Source: Candidatus Scalindua sp.
GTDB lineage: Bacteria; Planctomycetota; Brocadiia; Brocadiales; Scalinduaceae
DNA: 32,000 nucleotides
Assembly (NCBI GenBank): GCA_031316235.1
Contig: JALDRA010000001.1
Location: 2,880,001 to 2,912,000, forward strand
Direction: 5' to 3'
In this document: one piece after another, positions 8,594 to 16,053 of the stretch
Position numbering within the stretch: the stretch's first letter is position 1
Layout of the letters: each line of letters starts with the position of its first letter
Notes under the pieces: model-generated
Databases searched by the model: none
Told to the model about the DNA's origin: nothing
What the model saw: only the letters and a program-made list of their open reading frames with translations
Translations under genes and position numbers: made by a program

Positions 8594-10690
8594 ATGCGCA
8601 GAAAGGAATTCAATGAAAACGGTATTACCATGAATGCGATATTCAAGCATAGTGAATATGGTCTGGCTATTGGTGTGGTATGTATACTTATTGTCCTCAT
8701 CATTCCTCTGCCAACATTTTTGCTCGATATATTACTAACGGTGAATATTTCACTCTCTTTTCTCGTGCTTCTTGTTTCATTGCACGTAAAAAAGGCTCTT
8801 GAAATTTCATCATTTCCATCACTGCTGCTATTTCTCACCCTTTTTCGTCTCGCCTTAAATGTGGCTTCAACACGACTTATTCTTATGAATGGTGATGCTG
8901 GAGGCGTGATAGCATCTTTTGGTAATTTTGTCGTCGGTGGGAATGTAGTAATTGGAATGGTGATCTTTCTGATATTGACAGTTATTCAATTTGTTGTAAT
9001 CACGAAGGGCGCTACGAGAGTTGCAGAAGTTGCCGCCAGATTTACTTTGGATGCAATGCCTGGAAAGCAGATGAGTATCGATGCTGACCTGAATTCCGGG
9101 GTGATTACTGAACACGAGGCCAGGGAAAGAAGAGAGGATATAGCACACGAGGCAGAATTTTATGGTTCCATGGATGGTGCTGGTAAGTTTGTAAGCGGTG
9201 ATGCTATTGCAGGTATTATCATTACGCTTGTAAACATTGCAGGAGGTATGATAATTGGAGGATTTATGCAGGGGATGAGAATTTCAGATTCGTTGTCTAC
9301 CTATACAATACTCACTGTCGGAGATGGACTGGTTTCTCAAATCCCTTCTCTCTTGAATGCTACCTCTGCAGCCCTCCTTATTACGAAAGCTTCTTCAAAG
9401 GCAAACCTGGGAAATGAATTGTCTAAACAGCTTCTGACGATACCAAGGGCTACCGGGATGGCAGCAGGAACACTGGCATTTTTCAGTTTGATTCCAGGAC
9501 TTCCAAAAATTCCATTTATCATGATGTCGGCTTTCTTTGGCGTGTTGTTCTACCTTACAAGAAAAGAATCAATAAGACCTGCGGTTGAACGTGATTTGCA
9601 AAAACAGAAAGCAACAAAAATGAAGGATAAGGAAGAGTCTGAAGATGATTTTGAAACCTTGCTGCAGGTTGACAGGATGGGAATTGAAGTTGGATATAAA
9701 TTGGTTAATTTTGTGGATCCAAAGAGGACAGGCGGAGTATTGAGCCGGATTGGCACACTGAGGAAACAGCTGGTTCGTGAATTAGGTGTAATTATTCCAC
9801 CCATACGTTTAAGGGATAATTTACAACTTAATCCGAACGAGTATAACATTAAAATTAAGGGGCAGACAGTTGCAAAGGGAGAGTTGATGCCTGACAGTTA
9901 TTTAGCATTGGGAGGAGATGGGCAAAAACCCATAGAAGGTATAATTACAACAGATCCAGCCTACGGTCTGCCGAGTGTCTGGGTCTCTGAATCGAAAAAA
10001 GAAGAGGCACTGTCTTTAGGTTATACGGTGATTGACCCTACCTCAGTTTTAATGACACATTTGACAGAGATTGTAAAAACACATAGCCATGAAATCGTGA
10101 CAAGAGAAGACATCCAGAAATTAATTGACAATTTAAAGAAGGTATCTCCTACTTTGGTAAGCGAATTGACACCAAACGTACTTTCTTTGAGTGTGGTGCA
10201 GGAAGTAATCAGAAATCTGCTGAGAGAAAGAGCATCGATAAGAGACTTTTCAACTATCCTTGAAACACTTATAGATTTCGTACCGATTACAAAGGATCCG
10301 GAAGTTCTTACTGAATATGTGAGGCAGAGACTGTGCAGGACCTTGTGTGGGCAGTATCAAGACGATGAAAGCAAAATAAGCACGATCACTTTTGAACCCG
10401 CATTAGAGCAGGAGATTGTAAATTCTATTAAGGAGACTGGAAACAAATCTGTCCTTGCCCTGGAACCAAAATATGCACAGAGAATAATTGATGCCATTGC
10501 GGAAACGATGAAGAAACCTTTTGCATCCGGCAGTAATATTGTCTTTCTCACGTCTTCAGCAATAAGGAATCATGTGAGAAAACTTACAGAAAATCCATTA
10601 CCCTATTTACCAGTTATGTCTTATAAAGAGATAGCACCTGGTGTTCAAATTAAAGCTCTCGGAGTCGTCAGTATATCAAATGAGAATTAA
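8594..10690 (+). CDS. flhA: Flagellar type III export gate protein FlhA (FHIPEP family)
   Basis: 698 aa. N-terminal polytopic domain (…RFTLDAMPGKQMSIDADL…GDGLVSQIPSLL…) plus a large cytoplasmic C-terminal domain. ATG 8594 is preceded by gagagggt; an alternative start lies at 8630. Confidence 0.95.
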   Translation: MRRKEFNENGITMNAIFKHSEYGLAIGVVCILIVLIIPLPTFLLDILLTVNISLSFLVLLVSLHVKKALEISSFPSLLLFLTLFRLALNVASTRLILMNGDAGGVIASFGNFVVGGNVVIGMVIFLILTVIQFVVITKGATRVAEVAARFTLDAMPGKQMSIDADLNSGVITEHEARERREDIAHEAEFYGSMDGAGKFVSGDAIAGIIITLVNIAGGMIIGGFMQGMRISDSLSTYTILTVGDGLVSQIPSLLNATSAALLITKASSKANLGNELSKQLLTIPRATGMAAGTLAFFSLIPGLPKIPFIMMSAFFGVLFYLTRKESIRPAVERDLQKQKATKMKDKEESEDDFETLLQVDRMGIEVGYKLVNFVDPKRTGGVLSRIGTLRKQLVRELGVIIPPIRLRDNLQLNPNEYNIKIKGQTVAKGELMPDSYLALGGDGQKPIEGIITTDPAYGLPSVWVSESKKEEALSLGYTVIDPTSVLMTHLTEIVKTHSHEIVTREDIQKLIDNLKKVSPTLVSELTPNVLSLSVVQEVIRNLLRERASIRDFSTILETLIDFVPITKDPEVLTEYVRQRLCRTLCGQYQDDESKISTITFEPALEQEIVNSIKETGNKSVLALEPKYAQRIIDAIAETMKKPFASGSNIVFLTSSAIRNHVRKLTENPLPYLPVMSYKEIAPGVQIKALGVVSISNEN

Positions 10691-11729
10691 ATCTTTTGTT
10701 GCATTTAGCGTAGAGGAAGCATTGTCAGACATCAAAAAGGAAATGGGAGAAACTTCCATAATCCTGGAAACAAGGAACATAGGTGATGACGACATAAAGG
10801 CGAAACCAGGGCAGAAGCTGGTAGAGATTGTAGCCGCTCAAATTTCAACCGGGAAGGAAAACGGTAAAAGGGAAGAGAGAAAAGAGAATGGTTGTTTCAA
10901 CGAAGAAGAACATCGGTTTCCCCTGGAACAGGAAAACAGTTTTTCAGAGGTTGAGTGGCCACAAGTATGTAACGAATTGTTTTCTCTACTTTGTGAGCAG
11001 CAGGTAGAAAGGCAAAATGCCAAAGTGCTCATAACAGAAATGATGAATGAGCTGGACGGGGAAAACCTTGACAGTATTGATGTACAAAGAGAGAAAATTA
11101 AGGAGATAATCATTCGGAAAATCAAAATATCTCGTTCGAATTCCTTAAAAGATAAAACAAATAAGCCCATGGTGTTTATCGGTGCCACAGGCACAGGAAA
11201 AACGACTGTCATGTCAAAGTTGGCAAGAAAAGCGAGATTGCATTCGGGGAATGAAATATTGTTAATTAGTATAGAAAACGACTGTGTGGAAACATTAAAC
11301 AGTGTAGCAATGGAAATCGGGGCAGCTGTTGCTGTTGTCGCAACACCGCAGGAATTAATGCTGGTACAAGATGAATTCAGGAGATCTACCCATCTATTTA
11401 TTGAGACACCAGGAACAGGTGGTAATGACAAAAGGAGGTTATTGGCATTAAGTGAGTACACGAATGCCATTCCGAATTCTGAAATTCATCTCGTGCTCAA
11501 TGCGACAACACGATTGAAAGATATAACGCCCCTTATTGTTGAACAGAAACTCATCCCGATTCACGGGCTCATTTTTACCAAGATTGATGAATCTGATACT
11601 TTTGGATCATTGCTTAATGTAGTGATGAAGTCAGATATACCTGTCTCCTATATTGCTGGCGGGAAGAGAGTTTCAGGTGATATAAAACCTGCTACAGCAG
11701 ACAGGATTGCAGAAATGATACTTGGCTAG
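10680..11729 (+). CDS. flhF: Flagellar SRP-type GTPase FlhF (divergent G3 motif)
   Basis: The N-terminus MRIKSFVAFSVEEALSDIKKEMGETSIILETRNI is typical of the FlhF B-domain, so I place the start at ATG 10680, an 11-nt overlap with flhA. The track ORF starts at 10641. G1 is GATGTGKTT and G4 is TKIDES. G3 reads IETPGTG instead of the canonical DTAGR. Confidence 0.8.
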   Translation: MRIKSFVAFSVEEALSDIKKEMGETSIILETRNIGDDDIKAKPGQKLVEIVAAQISTGKENGKREERKENGCFNEEEHRFPLEQENSFSEVEWPQVCNELFSLLCEQQVERQNAKVLITEMMNELDGENLDSIDVQREKIKEIIIRKIKISRSNSLKDKTNKPMVFIGATGTGKTTVMSKLARKARLHSGNEILLISIENDCVETLNSVAMEIGAAVAVVATPQELMLVQDEFRRSTHLFIETPGTGGNDKRRLLALSEYTNAIPNSEIHLVLNATTRLKDITPLIVEQKLIPIHGLIFTKIDESDTFGSLLNVVMKSDIPVSYIAGGKRVSGDIKPATADRIAEMILG

Positions 11730-11814
11730 TGCTTGAACAGATGGCCTCTGGTTGTGGGAAAACTCCTATCTAGTAAATAAACTGTAATACAAAGTGTTGA
11801 CGTCTTTTACCGCT

Positions 11815-12093
11815 ATGTCAAAAAGAACATTAACAATATTAACCTGCAGGTGGACTATTTATGTCGGCATATTTGTATTCTTTGCTGCGTGTTGTCTTGG
11901 TTATGTCTCCCATGTATCGGTTGATGTCGTGGTTAAAAAGGCAATTATTGCCGGCTCTTTTCTTGGAGTTGTATTTTTTTTCTCTATGAGATGCCTGGTA
12001 AATTTAATCCCTGATGAGACTCATGCGGTCCAGGAGAAAAACATTGGTAGTGTTACCGATTCTCAGGATCAGACGGTAGAGGTTTCATCGTAA
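11815..12093 (+). CDS. Hypothetical small two-TM membrane protein
   Basis: ORF 11794-12093. The internal ATG at 11815 gives MSKRTLTIL... followed by two hydrophobic segments (WTIYVGIFVFFAACCLGYV, AIIAGSFLGVVFFFSM). No clear RBS and no recognisable family. Confidence 0.3.
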   Translation: MSKRTLTILTCRWTIYVGIFVFFAACCLGYVSHVSVDVVVKKAIIAGSFLGVVFFFSMRCLVNLIPDETHAVQEKNIGSVTDSQDQTVEVSS

Positions 12094-12312
12094 CCATGGG
12101 TGCGGGATTCTGTTCTGCCAGGTAAACTGACTGTGCAGTAAGTTTCATTGTAAATTCAAATAAATCAATGGATTACTTTTGAAAGTGTTGATCCTGCCTG
12201 TGCGATGCATCCAGACGGCAGCTCAGGACACGCTTAAATCGTCTCAGTTTGAAACTGTAGGTTTTTATTGTAGTAAGGTTCAGCAGGTACTTTATTACCC
12301 AGGAGATTCAGA

Positions 12313-13086
12313 ATGCAAGCAACTGTTATAAAAAAACAATTATCAGTATATAAAACAGAAGTTGTTGACAATACGATTCGGGATAAGCTGATAACAGAAT
12401 ATTTACCTCTCGTCAAATACGTGGTTGGAAGGCTCATGGTTAATGTGCCATCACATGTTGACAGAGAAGATTTGATTGAGTCCGGGATTTTAGGATTGAT
12501 AGAGGCAGCTGAAAAATATGATACAAAGAAACAGGTACAGTTTAAGACGTATGCATTCCACAGGATCAGAGGATCTATTCTGGATTATCTAAGGCTGCAG
12601 GACTGGGTCCCTCGTTCAGTAAGAGAAAAGGACAATCGAATTAAAAAAACATATAATATCCTGGAACAAAGACTGAAAAGAGCTCCGCAACCAGGAGAAA
12701 TAGCTGATGAATTAGGTATAAGCTATAGTGAACTTCACAAGATATTAGTAGACATAGGTTTCTGTTCATTACTGTATTTAGATGATATGAATTCAGGAAA
12801 TGATGAGTATTCAAAAATGAGTGAAAACGTTCAAGACCGCAAAGCTGAAGGACCATTAGATGTGTTGGAGTCAGTGGAAGAGCAGGAGCAGTTAGAACAT
12901 GCCATTACCGAACTGCATCCAAAAGAAAGGTTAGTTATTACCTTGTATTATTATGAAGAGTTGCTTTTAAGAGAAATAGCCGAAGTTATGAATCTTTCAG
13001 AATCGAGGGTTTCGCAGTTACACCATAGGGCATTGTTGGAAATCAGGACGAAAGTAAATAAAAAGAACGCAGGTAATACTGAGTAA
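12313..13086 (+). CDS. fliA: Flagellar sigma factor FliA (sigma-28 family)
   Basis: 257 aa sigma-70 family protein. Region 2 (LITEYLPLVKYVVGRL...GILGLIEAAEKYD...FKTYAFHRIRGSILDYLR), region 4 HTH (LLLREIAEVMNLSESRVSQLHHRALLEIR). Lies downstream of flhA-flhF. RBS aggag. Confidence 0.9.
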   Translation: MQATVIKKQLSVYKTEVVDNTIRDKLITEYLPLVKYVVGRLMVNVPSHVDREDLIESGILGLIEAAEKYDTKKQVQFKTYAFHRIRGSILDYLRLQDWVPRSVREKDNRIKKTYNILEQRLKRAPQPGEIADELGISYSELHKILVDIGFCSLLYLDDMNSGNDEYSKMSENVQDRKAEGPLDVLESVEEQEQLEHAITELHPKERLVITLYYYEELLLREIAEVMNLSESRVSQLHHRALLEIRTKVNKKNAGNTE

Positions 13087-13345
13087 CATGGTAAGCAGGA
13101 AGTTAGGCGGAAAAAGTTGAGAAGTGGTAAGCAATCTATACGTCATGATATACTCATCTTACAATGGTTTTCGGATACAATCCGAGATAAAATTGAGCGA
13201 GTTAAGTCCCCGGCGCTTTTTGTCCGGGGATACCACCAGGATTTAGTTTCCGGTAAAACCGAAAACCAAATCGGTTTTGGTATACAAGGCAAACGTTCGG
13301 GTTTCTGAAGGCGTATACTGAGCCATTATAGATACTGAGGTGTAA

Positions 13346-14359
13346 ATGGATAAATACATGTCAATAAATTATGATACCTTGTTAGAGAATACAAGACTGG
13401 GATACGATTTGTATTTGAAGACCTATGTTAAGGGTATACCGAGATACGTACTGTTTTATCGTGGTGATGAATCATTTGGAAATGACAGGCGACAGGAATT
13501 AATAAGGCAGAATATAAAAAAACTCTTTATAAATACAAATGATGTACAAAAGTATTTCAATTACCAGGAGAAAAACCTGCAAACCATTATAAGTGACAAG
13601 AAAAAAAGTTCTGAAGAAAAATCTCAAACAGTGTACCATGTAGCAAAATATCTGGCTATGGATCTTGCGAATGATCCAAGATCGGGGACTCACTTACGGA
13701 GAGTTACCAAGTGGGTGGATAATGCCATCAATTTCATATTTGACGATGAAAATGCATTTTCCAGTCTTGTAAAGGTGACCTCACACGATTATTATACCTA
13801 TACACATTCCGTCAATTTATCTGTGTTTGGACTGCTTTTTGGTAAATATCTTTTTTTAAATCCCTATGAGCTGAAGTGTTTTGGAACAGGTTTATTACTG
13901 CATGATATCGGCAAGGTAGAAATTCCTCTAGAGATCATTAACAAACCGGGTAAGCTCACGAAAGAAGAGTTTGAAATAGTAAAAGGACATCCCGCTGCAG
14001 GTGAAAATCTTTTGGAAGATAAAAACATCGAAGAGGGAGCATTAAAAATAGTTATTGGTCATCATGAGAATTTTGATGGTACCGGATATCCTAATAGAAT
14101 TGGAGGAAAGGATATCCATTTATTCGGGAGGATTGCCCGGATAATTGACGTTTATGATGCGATGACAACCAAGAGGTGTTATGCAGGTGCAAAGAGACCT
14201 TTTGCTGCCCTTATGGAGATGAAAGAACAGATGATAACTTACTTTGACCTGGAATTGTTAAAAGAGTTCATCTCTTTTCTCGGACCACACGATCCTCGGA
14301 GAAAGCCAAGAAGAGAAGATTCCTTATATGAGGCTGGAGCGGACAAATTGATATCATGA
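13346..14359 (+). CDS. HD-GYP domain c-di-GMP phosphodiesterase-type protein
   Basis: 337 aa. Motifs YTHSVNLSV, LLLHDIGK, KGHP, GHHENFDGTGYP, IARIIDVYDAMTTKRCY give a complete HD-GYP signature. RBS gaggtg. Confidence 0.85.
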   Translation: MDKYMSINYDTLLENTRLGYDLYLKTYVKGIPRYVLFYRGDESFGNDRRQELIRQNIKKLFINTNDVQKYFNYQEKNLQTIISDKKKSSEEKSQTVYHVAKYLAMDLANDPRSGTHLRRVTKWVDNAINFIFDDENAFSSLVKVTSHDYYTYTHSVNLSVFGLLFGKYLFLNPYELKCFGTGLLLHDIGKVEIPLEIINKPGKLTKEEFEIVKGHPAAGENLLEDKNIEEGALKIVIGHHENFDGTGYPNRIGGKDIHLFGRIARIIDVYDAMTTKRCYAGAKRPFAALMEMKEQMITYFDLELLKEFISFLGPHDPRRKPRREDSLYEAGADKLIS

Positions 14360-14427
14360 TAATGACATTAATTTGTTACAGAATTATTTTTTAAGAGTTC
14401 AATAGAACAAAAAATATAGGAATAACT

Positions 14428-15465
14428 ATGAAAGTTGAGTGTATTAGAGTCTTGTTAATAGAAGATAGCTATGACAGCGCAGAGATTTTGCGCGAAGAAT
14501 TAATGGATACACATCCTAACGTGTTTGAGTTAGAACATGCTGACAGACTTTCAAATGGTTTAGAGGTACTTGGAAAAGGAGATACAGATGTTGTCCTTCT
14601 TGACATATCACTGCCCGATAGTCAAGGACTGGAGACCTTTGCCAGGGTTTATAAACACTCTCCTGATGTTCCAATTCTGGTGATGACCAATCTCGACGAT
14701 GAATCTTTTGCAGTAAAGGCCGTGCAGGAAGGTGCTCAGGATTATATCGTCAAGGGGCGTGTTGACAGGAGTTTACTTGTCCGTTCAATACGATATGCAA
14801 TCGAACGGCATCGGACATTAAAAGAGCTGAAGCAGGCACAGTTGAAGATGCAGCATATGGCCCATCATGACAGGCTTACCGGTCTACCGAATCGGCAGTT
14901 GTTCCTGGATATTCTCTCCAAGTCTGTAGCACGGGCAAGTCGTGACGGAAGGATGGTTGCTGTGCTGTTTCTGGACCTTGATGGTTTCAAGAGTGTTAAC
15001 GACAATCTGGGGCATCTGATGGGAGATCTCCTGCTTCAGTCAGTTGCAGGAAGATTAAAGGGGTGCATACGAGAGAGTGATCTGGTTGCACGTGTTGGTG
15101 GGGACGAATTTGTTATTATTATTGATGGTATTCATTCGGTAAAAAATGTCACCAAGGTATCTCAAAAAATAGTAGATGAAACATCAAGATCTTTTTTTCT
15201 GGATGGTCAGGAACTCTTTGTTACAGCAAGCATTGGTATTAGTCTCTATCCTCATGACAGTTCGGATATGGAGACTCTTGTGAAAAATGCTGATTTTGCC
15301 ATGTACATTGCGAAAAGACAGGGGAAAAATAACTATCATTATTATCTTTCCGAGCTAAATGAAAAAGACACAAAAGAGAAGAAAGCAAATTTGCGATCTG
15401 TCTGTAATGGAAAGAAAAAAAGAGAAAGTAAGTGTGCAAAAAAGGAAAAATTTAACGATTCATGA
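14428..15465 (+). CDS. Response regulator receiver + GGDEF diguanylate cyclase (PleD/WspR-like architecture)
   Basis: REC motifs (LLIEDS, VVLLDISLPD, VMTN, YIVKG). Linker ...HDRLTGLPNR. Active site GGDEF (15097-15111) with an RxxD I-site (RESD, 15070-15081) five residues upstream. Lys-rich C-terminal tail. Confidence 0.9.
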   Translation: MKVECIRVLLIEDSYDSAEILREELMDTHPNVFELEHADRLSNGLEVLGKGDTDVVLLDISLPDSQGLETFARVYKHSPDVPILVMTNLDDESFAVKAVQEGAQDYIVKGRVDRSLLVRSIRYAIERHRTLKELKQAQLKMQHMAHHDRLTGLPNRQLFLDILSKSVARASRDGRMVAVLFLDLDGFKSVNDNLGHLMGDLLLQSVAGRLKGCIRESDLVARVGGDEFVIIIDGIHSVKNVTKVSQKIVDETSRSFFLDGQELFVTASIGISLYPHDSSDMETLVKNADFAMYIAKRQGKNNYHYYLSELNEKDTKEKKANLRSVCNGKKKRESKCAKKEKFNDS

Positions 15466-15842
15466 GGGAAAAATTAACGGGGTTGATCCGGAAATTATTT
15501 TTTTACCGGTTAATGAGCACAAACATTATTACTGGAGGAAAATTTGTAAGCCGTACAATAATTTTGTCTTATGATTTATTTTTTTGTCTTAATTAGATTT
15601 TTGAAGAATGTTTGGCCAGGTAATTGCTCATATTGAAAATCGTGTGAGAGGATAATAAGATCAGGGTTTAATTGGTCCGTGTAGCTTTTTACCGGTTTCT
15701 CAATTGTTCGGACTATTTGTTGCGGGTTATATCTTTGTCCAATGAATTTGAGAATTGTGTTGTTTTCAATTTTCAAATCGGATGTGAAGGTAAGATTCGG
15801 TAGAGAATTTACCAGAAGATTCAGAATCGGAAGGGGTATAAA

Positions 15843-16049
15843 ATGATTACAAGACGATGCAAAATCAATCTGATATCACAACGCTGCCGTATTGGTCTAA
15901 CAGTAATGGATTTGGTTGCCATATTTATGGATGAAGCGAATGCTATTTGCAAGAACAAGAGCATGGCAAAGGAGATCGCTCTGGAATCGTTAGGGGAGTA
16001 CATAAAGAAAAATGTAGGCAACATAAAGGTTATTGCCAGAAAGAGGTGA
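15843..16049 (+). CDS. Hypothetical small protein (68 aa)
   Basis: ATG preceded by ggaagggg. Its stop (16047-16049) lies inside the RBS of the next gene, 5 nt before the ATG at 16054. No recognisable family and a Cys/Arg-rich N-terminus, so it may be non-coding. Confidence 0.25.
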   Translation: MITRRCKINLISQRCRIGLTVMDLVAIFMDEANAICKNKSMAKEIALESLGEYIKKNVGNIKVIARKR

Positions 16050-16053
16050 ATCG

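Noticed and set aside
12249-12276. Sigma-70-like TTGAAA-N16-TAGTAA upstream of fliA
   Set aside because: The -10 hexamer matches only 3/6 positions and lacks the conserved final T. Not strong enough to annotate.
13117-13308. 63-aa + strand ORF between fliA and the first HD-GYP gene
   Set aside because: TTG start, no RBS and no family resemblance. It spans the hairpins of the intergenic leader, so it is more likely non-coding.
13087-13345. c-di-GMP-I (GEMM) riboswitch upstream of an HD-GYP gene
   Set aside because: A GGCAAAC string is present near 13290. However, the conserved ACGCAAAGC junction and the GNRA-tetraloop/receptor hairpin pair I recall for GEMM-I are not visible, so I do not call a riboswitch class.
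15576-15776. 66-aa minus-strand ORF in the GGDEF / GAF-HD-GYP interval (possible toxin-antitoxin-like small gene pair with 15843-16049)
   Set aside because: TTG start with no RBS and no recognisable toxin or antitoxin motif. It is orientated divergently from a doubtful partner.
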